NCBI GenBank assembly: GCA_046593925.1
Contig: JBKJQN010000039.1
Span: 13,763-77,762 of the forward strand
Reading direction: 5' to 3'
Length of the DNA: 64,000 nt
Source: Mycobacteriales bacterium
GTDB lineage: Bacteria; Actinomycetota; Actinomycetes; Mycobacteriales; SCTD01
Shown here: piece after piece, positions 18,977 through 28,040 of the stretch
Layout of the letters: each line of letters begins with the position of its first letter
Numbering within the stretch: position 1 is the first letter of the stretch
The notes under the pieces: generated by a model
Database searches by the model: none
Told to the model about the DNA's origin: nothing
Seen by the model: the letters and a program-made list of their open reading frames with translations, nothing else
Translations under genes and position numbers: made by a program

Positions 18977-19411
18977 GTGACCCACATCGCCACCGTCAGC
19001 ACAGAGCTCGAGCTGCGCCTGGTCGTCCCCGGTGGCCCGAGCCTGCCGGTGCTCGCCGACCTGGGCTATGCAGCCGACGATCCGTGGGCGGTGCGCGTGG
19101 CGTTCCAGACCGGAGGCGAGGGCGAGGGCGAGGGCGTCGTGGAGTGGATGTTCGCCCGCCAGCTGCTCGTCGAGGGCGTCGCCCGGGCTGTCGGTGAGGG
19201 CGACGTGCGGGTCTGGCCGGCGGTGAGCGGCCGGGAGCGGGTCGTGCACCTCGCGATGGCCTCCCCGTCCGGGTCAGCGCTGTTCGAGATGGACCGCGAA
19301 GACGTCCTGGCGTTTCTGCAGCAGACCTACCTCGCCGTACCCACCGGCAGCGAGCACGACGCCGTCGACCTCGACGCCGAGCTGTCGCTCCTGCTGGTCG
19401 ACGGCAGCTGA
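18977..19411 (+). CDS. ssgB: SsgA family sporulation/cell-division regulator (SsgB)
   Basis: VSTELELRLVVP, LGYAADDPWAVRVAF, VEWMFARQLL, GEGDVRVWP, SPSGSALFE, FLQQTYLAVPTGSE. Confidence 0.92.
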   Translation: MTHIATVSTELELRLVVPGGPSLPVLADLGYAADDPWAVRVAFQTGGEGEGEGVVEWMFARQLLVEGVARAVGEGDVRVWPAVSGRERVVHLAMASPSGSALFEMDREDVLAFLQQTYLAVPTGSEHDAVDLDAELSLLLVDGS

Positions 19412-19533
19412 TCCGACCGCCGGCCCCCCGATGTGGGTCGGCAGGCTGCTGGCAGGGGCGTCACAGGCTCGGCACAGGTCGCCCACCGAAGTTGGTGAAA
19501 CGGCCGGACGCTCCGGCCGACCTGGAGGCCCCT

Positions 19534-20130
19534 GTGCGTAAGAAGATTCTCACTGTCGCCGCTGCCGGTGTGCTCGGACTGTCCGGGCTGGCGCTCGCCG
19601 GCCCGGCCCTCGCGGCTGCCGGTGCACCGTCCGCCGGCGCTGCCGTCAGCTCCAAGGTCGACCGGGTCAAGCATGCCCTCGCCGGTCTGGTCACCGACGG
19701 CACCCTCAACCAGGCGCAGGCCGACCGCGTCGCCAGCACGCTCGGCTCCGCCGACCTCGGGCCAGCCGGTCACGATGGGCGGCGCCGGGGCCGCGGCGGC
19801 CCCGACCTGGCTGCTGCAGCCACCGCGCTCGGTACGACCGAGGCCGAGCTGCGCACCGCCCTGCAGAGCGGCAAGACGCTCGCTCAGGTGGCGAAGGACA
19901 AGGGGGTCGCCGTCGACACGCTCGTGACGGCGCTTGTCGACGCCGAGAAGAGCCGGACTGCGAAGGCGGTCACGGACGGCCGGCTCACCCAGGCCCAGGC
20001 CGACCAGCGGCTCAAGGACCTGACCGCCCGGGTTGCCGAGCGCGTCAACAGCGCCCGTCCGGCCCACGGCCCCGACGGCGAGGACGCCGCTCCTGCGAGC
20101 CCCGGCAGCCCGGCCGCTCCGACCGGCTGA
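19534..20130 (+). CDS. Secreted helical-repeat hypothetical protein
   Basis: RBS GGAGG; signal peptide MRKKILTVAAAGVLGLSGLALAGPALA; internal repeat TDGTLNQAQAD / TDGRLTQAQAD; GKTLAQVAKDKGV. Confidence 0.8.
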   Translation: MRKKILTVAAAGVLGLSGLALAGPALAAAGAPSAGAAVSSKVDRVKHALAGLVTDGTLNQAQADRVASTLGSADLGPAGHDGRRRGRGGPDLAAAATALGTTEAELRTALQSGKTLAQVAKDKGVAVDTLVTALVDAEKSRTAKAVTDGRLTQAQADQRLKDLTARVAERVNSARPAHGPDGEDAAPASPGSPAAPTG

Positions 20131-20148
20131 CCGCGCGCTGAAGGCGGG

Positions 20149-20973
20149 TCAGGTCACCGGCGCGACGGTCGGCCACGGCACGGTCAGCTCGCCCAGCCGG
20201 GCGCGGCGCGGGTCCGCGCCCGGCCAGGCGAGGGACTCGCAGGCCGCGACCCAGCGCTGCCGGGGTCCGTACACGGCGTACGGCGAGGCCCGGGCCCACG
20301 CGTCGTCGAGCGCCCGGAGCAGGGCGTGCACCGGCTGCCCCGGCACGTTGTGGTGGATCAACGCCTTGGGGAGCCGTTCGGCCAGGTGGGCCGGCCTGCC
20401 CAACGTCGGGAGGTGTGCGGCGAGCACCAGGACCTGTGGGCCGTCCGCGGTCAGCGCGATCCAGGCGGCGCGACGGCCGAGCTCGTCGCAGGTGCCCTCG
20501 ACGAGCAGGCCGCCGGGTGCCAGGCCGGCGATCATCGTCCTCCAGGCCAGCGCTGCGGCCGGCTCGTCGTACTGCCGGAGCACGTTGATGGCACGCAGGA
20601 CCAGCGGCCGCAGGCCGGCCAGCTCGAACCCGCCTCGAGCGAACCGCAACCCGGCCGCGCGTGCACCGGCCGCCGCGGCCACCCGCTCGGGGTCGATCTC
20701 CAGCCCCACCACCTGTACGTCGGGGCGCACCGCCCGCAACCGGGCGGCCAGCTCGACGGTCGTGACCGGGGTGGCGCCGTAGCCCAGGTCGATGACCAGC
20801 GGCGGCTCGGGCGCCGACGTCAGCAGCCGGCCGTACATCGCGGTCAGCCAGCGGTCGACGCGCCGCAGCCGGTTCGGTGCCGTCGTCCCTCGCGTCGACA
20901 GGCCGAGCGCGCGGGCGCGGCCCGCCGCATACCGCCCCGCCACGATCCGCCCCGCCACGTTCCGTCCGGCCAC
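20149..20973 (-). CDS. Class I SAM-dependent methyltransferase-like conserved protein
   Basis: TRGTTAPNRLRRVDRW, VIDLGYGATPVTT, VVGLEIDPERV, RAINVLRQYDE, VEGTCDELGR. Start may be downstream. Confidence 0.85.
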   Translation of the reverse strand: MAGRNVAGRIVAGRYAAGRARALGLSTRGTTAPNRLRRVDRWLTAMYGRLLTSAPEPPLVIDLGYGATPVTTVELAARLRAVRPDVQVVGLEIDPERVAAAAGARAAGLRFARGGFELAGLRPLVLRAINVLRQYDEPAAALAWRTMIAGLAPGGLLVEGTCDELGRRAAWIALTADGPQVLVLAAHLPTLGRPAHLAERLPKALIHHNVPGQPVHALLRALDDAWARASPYAVYGPRQRWVAACESLAWPGADPRRARLGELTVPWPTVAPVT

Positions 20974-20976
20974 GCC

Positions 20977-21726
20977 TCAGGCCGGCCGGCGGTGGACCTT
21001 GGTGGCCGAGGCCTGCTGCTGGGGGGTGACCTGGACCAGGTCGATGTTGACGTGCGCCGGACGCGAGGCGACCCAGGCGATGACGTCGGCGATGTCGTCG
21101 GCGCTCAGCGTGTCCACGCCGGCATACACCCCGGCCGCGCGGCCGGCGTCGCCAGCGAACCGCACCATCCCGAACTCCTCGGTCTCCACCATGCCGGGGG
21201 CGACCTCGCTGACCCGCACGCCACGGTCGACGGTCTCCAGTCGCAGCGTCTCCCGGAGCGCGACGAGCGCGTGCTTGGCGGCCGTGTAGCTCGCGCCCCC
21301 CTCGTACGCCCATCGGCCCGCGGTCGACCCGGTCAGCACGATGTGGCCGCCACCCCCGGCGATCAGCGCAGGAAGCATCGCCTGCACGGTGCGTACCGTG
21401 CCGAGGACATTGACGTCGTACGTCTTGGCCCAGGTGTCGACGTCGCCGTCGGCGATCGGGGTGAGGTCGAAGGCGCCGCCGGCGTTGGCGACGAGCAGGT
21501 CGCAGAGGGGTACTGCGTCCGCGAGCTGCTCGACCGAGCGCGGGTCGGTGACGTCCAGCGCACACGGCCGGATCCCCGCGTGCTGCCGGGCCAGCGCGCC
21601 GAGCCGGTCGAGCCGCCGGGCGGCCGCGACCACCTGCCAGCCGTCCCGCGCGAGGCGCAACGCGGTCGCCGCGCCGATCCCGCTGCTCGCACCGGTGACC
21701 AGGGCCGTGCGCACGGGCGTCGTCAT
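20977..21726 (-). CDS. SDR oxidoreductase (YdfG-like)
   Basis: TGASSGIG, ANAGGA, GSTAG, YTAAK, APGMVETEEF, HVNID. Confidence 0.92.
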   Translation of the reverse strand: MTTPVRTALVTGASSGIGAATALRLARDGWQVVAAARRLDRLGALARQHAGIRPCALDVTDPRSVEQLADAVPLCDLLVANAGGAFDLTPIADGDVDTWAKTYDVNVLGTVRTVQAMLPALIAGGGGHIVLTGSTAGRWAYEGGASYTAAKHALVALRETLRLETVDRGVRVSEVAPGMVETEEFGMVRFAGDAGRAAGVYAGVDTLSADDIADVIAWVASRPAHVNIDLVQVTPQQQASATKVHRRPA

Positions 21727-21798
21727 GCGGGAAGTGTCCCCGAGGTGCGGCTGTTGGGCCGGGGAGGGCAGGATCGCCGACGAGAGTGAGGTGGGCGT

Positions 21799-23124
21799 AT
21801 GACCCCGTCCGTGCCGGCCCCGTCCGTGCTGGCCCCGTCCGTGCTTCGCAGCGTGCACCCGCGGCGGGTCGCCGTGCTGTCGGTGCACACGTCGCCGCTG
21901 GAGCAGCCCGGGACGGGCGACGCCGGCGGCATGAACGTCTATGTCCTGGAGACCAGTAAGCGCCTGGCGGCGCTCGGCGTCGAGGTCGAGGTCTTCACCC
22001 GCGCCACCCGGAGCGACCTGCCACCGGTCGTCGAGGTCGTGCCCGGCGTGACGGTGCGGCACGTCGCTGCCGGCCCGCTGGAGGGCATGGGCAAGGAGGA
22101 CCTGCCGTCGCAGCTGTGCGCGCTGACCAGCGGTGTGCTGCGGGCCGAGGCACGACGCGAGCCCGGCTGGTACGACGTCGTGCACTCGCACTACTGGCTG
22201 TCGGGACAGGTCGGCTGGCTCGCGACGGAGCGCTGGGGCGTGCCGCTGGTGCACACCGCACACACTCTGGCCAAGGTGAAGAACCTCTCGCTCGCCGATG
22301 ACGACGTACCCGAGCCGCTACGCCGGGTCGTCGGTGAGGAGCAGGTCGTGGCGGCTGCCGACCGGCTGGTCGCCAACACCGATGACGAGGCCCGCCAGCT
22401 CGTCGAGCTCTACGACGCGCAGGCCCGCCGGGTCGTGACGGTGAACCCCGGCGTGGACCTCGAGCACTTCCGGCCCGGCACGGCCAGCACGGCCCGTACC
22501 CGCCTCGGGGTGCCGCCCGACGCCGTCGTCCTGCTGTTCGTCGGGCGCCTGCAGCCGCTCAAGGCGCCCGACGTCCTGCTCCGCGCCGCGGCGCGGCTGC
22601 TGGAGCAGGAACCGGGCCTGCGCGACCGACTGCTCGTGGCCGTCGTCGGCGGGCCCAGCGGCAACGGTCAGGCGACATCGACCTCGCAGGGTGAGCCGCA
22701 GATGTTGCGTGACCTTGCCGCAGAGCTCGGCCTGCCCGTCCGCTTCGAACCGCCGAGCAGCCCCGACCGGCTGCGCGACTGGTACCGCGCCGCCGACGTC
22801 GTGGCGGTCCCGTCCCACAACGAGTCATTCGGTCTGGTGGCCCTGGAGGCGCAGGCCTGCGGCACCCCCGTCGTGGCGACCGACGTCGGAGGCCTGCGCA
22901 CCACGGTTCGGGACGGCGTCAGCGGCTTGCTCGTGCCGGGCCACGACCCGACGGCGTGGGCGGCGGCCCTGCGCCGGGCTGTCGACGGCCGCGCGGCACT
23001 GTCGCCCGGCGCCCTCGCCCATGCCCGGCAGTTCTCGTGGACCTCGACCGCCGCAAGCCTGCTCGCGACCTACCGGGACGCGCTCGCCGACCGGGTGGCG
23101 CCGCGACTGGTCGCCGCCCGATGA
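21799..23124 (+). CDS. mshA: D-inositol-3-phosphate glycosyltransferase
   Basis: [66 protein letters not shown]. Confidence 0.97.
   Translation: MTPSVPAPSVLAPSVLRSVHPRRVAVLSVHTSPLEQPGTGDAGGMNVYVLETSKRLAALGVEVEVFTRATRSDLPPVVEVVPGVTVRHVAAGPLEGMGKEDLPSQLCALTSGVLRAEARREPGWYDVVHSHYWLSGQVGWLATERWGVPLVHTAHTLAKVKNLSLADDDVPEPLRRVVGEEQVVAAADRLVANTDDEARQLVELYDAQARRVVTVNPGVDLEHFRPGTASTARTRLGVPPDAVVLLFVGRLQPLKAPDVLLRAAARLLEQEPGLRDRLLVAVVGGPSGNGQATSTSQGEPQMLRDLAAELGLPVRFEPPSSPDRLRDWYRAADVVAVPSHNESFGLVALEAQACGTPVVATDVGGLRTTVRDGVSGLLVPGHDPTAWAAALRRAVDGRAALSPGALAHARQFSWTSTAASLLATYRDALADRVAPRLVAAR
21801..21845 (+). repeat. 15-nt tandem repeat x3 at the mshA 5' end
   Basis: gaccccgtccgtgcc-ggccccgtccgtgct-ggccccgtccgtgct ([15 protein letters not shown]). 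Confidence 0.85.
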
Positions 23125-23630
23125 GTACCGCCGACCGATCACCGGGCCCTGCCGAGATCGTGCAGGCGGCGCTCGAGGAGGCCGGCCTGGAGTGGTCGAG
23201 CCCGGGGGAGGGGCAGTTCTTCGTCAAGCTCCCCGGCACCCACAAGCTGGCCACCAACTGCTGGCTCGTCATCGGCCGGCACGCCCTGCTCGTCGAGGCC
23301 TTCGTGTGCCGCAAGCCCGACGAGAACGTCGAGGAGTTCCTGCGCTTCCTGCTGCGCCGCAACGCCAAGACGTACGCCGTCGCCTTCAGCGTCGACGCAG
23401 CCGGCGACGTCTACCTGGTCGGCCGGCTCCCGCTGCACGCGATCACCGCGGACGAGGTCGACCGGCTGCTCGGGGCGGTGCTGCAGTACGCCGACGAGGC
23501 CTTCGACCCGCTGCTCGAGATCGGCTTCGCCGGCTCCATCCGGCGGGAGTGGGCGTGGCGACAGAAGAACGGCGAGTCGTTGGCGAACCTGCAGGCGTTC
23601 GCGAGGTTCGCCGACCCCGACCGCGGGTGA
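23121..23630 (+). CDS. YbjN domain protein (Rv0487-like)
   Basis: [58 protein letters not shown]. Confidence 0.92.
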   Translation: MSTADRSPGPAEIVQAALEEAGLEWSSPGEGQFFVKLPGTHKLATNCWLVIGRHALLVEAFVCRKPDENVEEFLRFLLRRNAKTYAVAFSVDAAGDVYLVGRLPLHAITADEVDRLLGAVLQYADEAFDPLLEIGFAGSIRREWAWRQKNGESLANLQAFARFADPDRG

Positions 23631-24175
23631 GCACCGGGTCCCCGCCGGACCGCGCCGGCACGCTGTGGTGGCTCGACGGCCTGCTGCTCGACGCGCTGAC
23701 CGCACTCGGCGCCCCCTTCGAGCGGGTCGAGGCCGGCGCGTACGCCGTGGCCCTCTACGGACGCCGGCGCCCGAGCACCGTGGTGTGGCTGATCGCCGGG
23801 GAGCAGGCCGTCGGCGTCGAGGCTTTCGTCATGCACGTCGTCCCCGACAGCTGTCCCGACCCGACCCGGCTGCACCGGCACCTGCTCGCCCGCAACCTGC
23901 GGCTGCGCGGCGTGCACTTCGGCCTCGACGACGTCGGCGACGTCTTCCTCACCGGGTCCTTGCCGCTGGCTGCTGCCGACGAGGACGGCGTCGACCGGGC
24001 GCTCGGCGAGGTGCTGCAGCTGCTGGAGGACGAGCAGGAGGCGCTGCTCGCGCTGGCATACGGCGACCGGCTGGGCAGGGACCAGGCGCTGGCCGCGAAG
24101 GTACTGGCCGACGGCGCCGGGCGGCGTCCCGCCGGTACTCCCGAGCGGGCCCCCCGCCGCGACGTCCGCAGGTAA
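23627..24175 (+). CDS. Second, divergent YbjN domain protein
   Basis: VEAFVMHVVP, HRHLLARNLRLRGVHFGLDDVGDVFLTGSLP, GVDRALGEVL; GTGA coupled to the first paralog. Confidence 0.8.
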   Translation: MSTGSPPDRAGTLWWLDGLLLDALTALGAPFERVEAGAYAVALYGRRRPSTVVWLIAGEQAVGVEAFVMHVVPDSCPDPTRLHRHLLARNLRLRGVHFGLDDVGDVFLTGSLPLAAADEDGVDRALGEVLQLLEDEQEALLALAYGDRLGRDQALAAKVLADGAGRRPAGTPERAPRRDVRR

Positions 24176-24244
24176 CTGCGGAAGCTGCCCCCTGCGGCCG
24201 GCAGCCGTGCCAGGGTGCCGCATCCGCGTCCGCAGGAGGCCCCC

Positions 24245-25666
24245 GTGCTGCACGCCCCCCGCACTGCCCCATGGCGGCGCGCCGCCCTAGCCGTCGGGTC
24301 GCTCGTTTCCGGCTCGCTGCTCGTGGCCGGCGCGGCGCCGTCGTCGGCCACCACGACCGATCCGGCGGCCGCGACCGCGGCAACCAGCTGGTCGGCGTAC
24401 CTGCACGGGCCGCGGCACTCCTCGGCCGGCCCGGCCAACACGGCGATCACCCGGACGTCGGTCGCAGCACTCACGGTCGCGTGGACGTGGAAGGCGCCCG
24501 GCGGCCTGCCCGGCTCCTCCCCGGTCACCGCCGGCGGCTCGGTGTTCCTCAACGCGGGCAACGGCTCGGTGTTCGCGCTGAACGAGGCCACCGGTGCGGT
24601 CCGCTGGCACAAGGACCTCGGCCTGTCGCCGTGCGGTCGCCGCGGGTCGGTCTCGAGCGCCACCGTCGCGCCGGACCCGGTCGGCGGCGCCGCCACGCTC
24701 TACATCGCCGGGGCCGACAATTTCCTCTACGCCTTGGACCCGGCCACCGGCGCGACCCGTTGGCGCTCGGTCGTCGGTGGCGCCGGCAACGCCTTCTACA
24801 CGTGGGGTTCGCCCACCGTGGCCGGCGGCAAGGTCTACATGGCGGTCAGCTCGGCGTGCGGCGACACCACGCACGGCGGGGCGGCGGCCTACGACCAGCA
24901 CACCGGCGCCCTGCTAAGCGGCTACCAGACCGGTGCCGGCAGCGGCCTGCCGACGGTCTACACCTCGCCTGCCGCCGACGGGACCGACGTCTACGTGACC
25001 ACGGGTGACAGCACGGGCAGCCCGACCGGCCAGGACAACGACGCCGTCGTCCGGCTCAGCGCCAGCACCCTGACCCGACAGGAGGCGTACCTGCTGCCGA
25101 GCCCGCCGAACAACTCCGACTACAACGCCTCGCCGGCCTTCTTCCCGCGAGCCACCGCCACCGGCACCGAGGACATGGTCGGGGTCTGCAACAAGGACGG
25201 TGTGTACCGCGCCTTTCGGGCCGGTCAGCTCGCGGCGGGCCCGGCCTGGACGCGGCGGGTGGGCCTGGACTCCCAGCAGCAGCCGGACACGCTGCGCTTC
25301 TGCGGGGGCTCGAGCGCGTACGACTCGCTGCACCAGGTCCTGCTGCAGGGCTCGAACCAGCAGTCACTCACCGACAGGGCGCTCGGCAGTGTGTACAGCC
25401 TGAACCCGCAGACCGGCGCCGTCCGCTGGCGTACCTCGCTGGCTGCCGGCCCGGTCATCGGCAGTGTCAGTGTCAACGGCTCGCAGGTCGTCGCCGCGCC
25501 GACCTACGACGCCAAGGGTGGCGTCGGGAAGGTCTACCTGCTCGACGAGGCGACCGGGAAGATCCTGCGGACGTTGCCGGCGGGCGGCCCGGTCTTCGCC
25601 CAGCCGACCTGGAGTGCCGACCGCCTGCTGGTGGCTGCCGGCACGGTGCTGACCGCCTGGCGGTAG
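24245..25666 (+). CDS. Secreted PQQ-binding-like beta-propeller protein
   Basis: RBS AGGAGG; signal peptide; repeated ALNEATGAVRW / ALDPATGATRW / SLNPQTGAVRW / LLDEATGKIL blades. Confidence 0.87.
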   Translation: MLHAPRTAPWRRAALAVGSLVSGSLLVAGAAPSSATTTDPAAATAATSWSAYLHGPRHSSAGPANTAITRTSVAALTVAWTWKAPGGLPGSSPVTAGGSVFLNAGNGSVFALNEATGAVRWHKDLGLSPCGRRGSVSSATVAPDPVGGAATLYIAGADNFLYALDPATGATRWRSVVGGAGNAFYTWGSPTVAGGKVYMAVSSACGDTTHGGAAAYDQHTGALLSGYQTGAGSGLPTVYTSPAADGTDVYVTTGDSTGSPTGQDNDAVVRLSASTLTRQEAYLLPSPPNNSDYNASPAFFPRATATGTEDMVGVCNKDGVYRAFRAGQLAAGPAWTRRVGLDSQQQPDTLRFCGGSSAYDSLHQVLLQGSNQQSLTDRALGSVYSLNPQTGAVRWRTSLAAGPVIGSVSVNGSQVVAAPTYDAKGGVGKVYLLDEATGKILRTLPAGGPVFAQPTWSADRLLVAAGTVLTAWR

Positions 25667-25699
25667 GCCGCAGGGCCGGCCCTGGCAGGATCGCTCGGC

Positions 25700-26443
25700 A
25701 TGGCGACCCTGGTGCTGCTGCGGCACGGCGAGAGCGCGTGGAACCTGTCCAACCAGTTCACCGGCTGGGTCGACGTCGACCTCACCGCCAAGGGCGAGCG
25801 GCAGGCCGTGCACGGCGGCGAGCTGCTCGGCGAGGCCGGACTACTGCCGACTGTCGTGCACACGTCCGTGCTGACCCGGGCGATCCGCACGGCCAACCTG
25901 ACCCTGGACGCCGTCGGGCGCCCGTGGCTCCCGGTGCGCAGGCACTGGCGGCTCAACGAGCGGCACTACGGCGCCCTGCAGGGCAAGGACAAGAAGCAGA
26001 CCCTCGAGGAGTTCGGCGAGGAGCAGTTCATGCTCTGGCGCCGTTCGTACGACGTGCCGCCGCCGGCGCTGCAGCCCGGCGACGAGTGGGACGTCACCGC
26101 TGACCCGCGCTACGCCGCCCTCGCCCCCGACCTGGTGCCGCGGACCGAGTGCCTGGCCGACGTGGTCACCCGGCTGCTGCCGTACTGGTACGACCGGATC
26201 GTCCCGGACCTGCGGGCCGGCGAGACGGTGCTGGTCGTGGCGCACGGCAACTCGCTGCGGGCGCTGGTCAAGCACCTCGACGGCCTCGGTGGGGCCGAGG
26301 TGGTCGGCCTCAACATCCCGACCGGGGAGCCGCTGCGATACGACCTGACCGACGACCTACGGCCGGTGGTCCGGGGCGGTACGTACCTGGACGCGCAGGC
26401 CGCGGGGACGGCGGCCGCAGCCGTGGCGGCGCAGGGACACTGA
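25700..26443 (+). CDS. gpmA: 2,3-bisphosphoglycerate-dependent phosphoglycerate mutase
   Basis: [53 protein letters not shown]. Confidence 0.97.
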   Translation: MATLVLLRHGESAWNLSNQFTGWVDVDLTAKGERQAVHGGELLGEAGLLPTVVHTSVLTRAIRTANLTLDAVGRPWLPVRRHWRLNERHYGALQGKDKKQTLEEFGEEQFMLWRRSYDVPPPALQPGDEWDVTADPRYAALAPDLVPRTECLADVVTRLLPYWYDRIVPDLRAGETVLVVAHGNSLRALVKHLDGLGGAEVVGLNIPTGEPLRYDLTDDLRPVVRGGTYLDAQAAGTAAAAVAAQGH

Positions 26444-26480
26444 CCTCTCCGGTCCGGGCACCCCGCGCCGCCTGGTCAGC

Positions 26481-26950
26481 TCAGAAGCGGGAGTACTCCA
26501 CGGCCGCGAAGCGGCTGGCCCTTGCCGAGATGCGACCGATCGGGAAGATCATTGTGTCGCTGAAGGTCGGCCCGGACGGCTTCCTGCTGTCGGCGTGACA
26601 CGTGGTGTCCAGGATGTTGTCGGTGACGAAGGCGGCCTGGTGGGTGCTGGCGTCGGCGCCCAGGCACCGGAGCTGCATGGCGTGTGCCTCCTTGTCCGGC
26701 GGGGCCGCGCTCCGGTCGTTGAACGCGAAGACGCTGGTCCGTGTCGTGACGGCGTGCCAGTTGCTGAACGACACCCACCCGTCCACGCCGCCGCTGTCCA
26801 CGTCGACGTCGACCTGGCGGCGCAGCACGACGTTGGAGATCGCCGACCCCGTATTATTCTTCAATGTCATCTTGATCTGGACCGCCCGCTCATTCGGTAC
26901 GAACGTGACGACCTGCGTGACGCTCGCGGAGCGGCGGTGGCCGCCGCTGG
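26481..26950 (-). pseudogene. Start-less fragment of a beta-rich (probably exported) protein
   Basis: Frame stays open upstream of ATG 26870 (SVTQVVTFVPNERAVQIKMTLKNNT...) back to the CHRD stop without a start; local A/T-rich patch at ~26850-26880. Confidence 0.45.
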
Positions 26951-26966
26951 CGCGGCCGCGCCGCGA

Positions 26967-27190
26967 TCAGCCGCTCAGCTGGCCGCGTACGGCGCCGGCA
27001 GGGAACTCCATGGTGTGCACGTTGACGTAGTACTGGCCCGGGTGCGCCCGGGCCAGCCTCGCGGGCGCCTCGTGGATGTGCCCCCGCCACCGGTGTGCCG
27101 AGCCGGCTAAGGCTGATCTTGGCGCAGACCTTCCCGGCCTTCGGGTAAGGCGACCCGGCGTACGCGGGGCGCCGGGGTGGTCGGGATCAG
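26967..27190 (-). pseudogene. CHRD-domain protein relic, frameshifted and internally deleted
   Basis: GKVCAKISLSRLGTPVAG in one frame, then HIHEAPA...HPGQYYVNVHTMEFPAGAVRGQL in another across a G run near 27080-27085. The usual segment between HIH and YYVNVHT is missing. Confidence 0.7.
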
Positions 27191-27265
27191 GAGCACGGGT
27201 TCTGCTTCGATCGGGCCCGCCGGGCTGCACCCGCCAACAGGGGCCGTCGGGCGGTATGCCAGCCG

Positions 27266-27919
27266 TCAGGCGACGGGGGCTGCGCGCTCGCCGGTGACCA
27301 GGTAGACGACGCGGCGGGCCACCGACACCGCATGGTCGGCGAAGCGCTCGTAGTAGCGCCCGGCGAGGGTGATGTCGATGGCAGCCTCGGTGCCGCCCTC
27401 CCAGGTGTCGTCAAGGATCACCGTGAACAGCCGCCTGTGCAGGTCATCCATGACGTCGTCGTCGCTCTCCAGCTCGGCCGCGAGAGAAACGTCGCGACCG
27501 GCGATCACGCTGCCGGCCTTCGCCACGATCTCCTCCGCGACATGGCCCATCTCCAGCAGGGTTGAGCGCAGCTCCGGCGGGACGGCCGAGCTGGGGTAGC
27601 GGCGCCGGGCGATCTTCGCGACGTGCAGTGCGAGGTCGCCCATCCGCTCGAGGTCGGCGACCATCCGCAGCGAGGTGACCAGGATGCGCAGGTCGCTGGC
27701 GACCGGCTGCTGGCGGGCCATCAGTTCGAACGCCCGCGCCTCGACCTCGCGGTAGAGCTCGTCGACCTGCTCATCCGCGGTGATCACCGTCTCCGCCAGG
27801 TGCAGGTCGGCGTCGAGCAGCGCCGTCGTCGCCCGGCTCATCGCGGAGCCGACCAGGTTGGTCATCTCGACGAGCAAACCGGAGATGGCGTCGAGCTCGT
27901 CGTGGTAGGCGTCGCGCAT
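27266..27919 (-). CDS. phoU: Phosphate signalling protein PhoU
   Basis: MRDAYHDEL, ARQQPVASDLR, DLERMGDLALHVAK, DDDVMDDLH, GRYYERFADHAV. Confidence 0.97.
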   Translation of the reverse strand: MRDAYHDELDAISGLLVEMTNLVGSAMSRATTALLDADLHLAETVITADEQVDELYREVEARAFELMARQQPVASDLRILVTSLRMVADLERMGDLALHVAKIARRRYPSSAVPPELRSTLLEMGHVAEEIVAKAGSVIAGRDVSLAAELESDDDVMDDLHRRLFTVILDDTWEGGTEAAIDITLAGRYYERFADHAVSVARRVVYLVTGERAAPVA

Positions 27920-27962
27920 GCTGCCAGGGTAGTCGCGCGGACCCCGTCGCCCGGGCCGTGTC

Positions 27963-27979
27963 ATGAACGGTGGATGAAC
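27963..27979. promoter_or_regulatory. PHO box (PhoP/RegX3 site): GTTCA-N6-GTTCA on the minus strand
   Basis: ATGAAC at 27963 and 27974 (11-nt period) in the divergent phoU/senX3 promoter. Confidence 0.75.
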
Positions 27980-28040
27980 AGCGCCTGGAGCGACTGCGTC
28001 GCAGGCCAGCCGGGTTGTCGCGGCACCTAGCATCGGCGTC

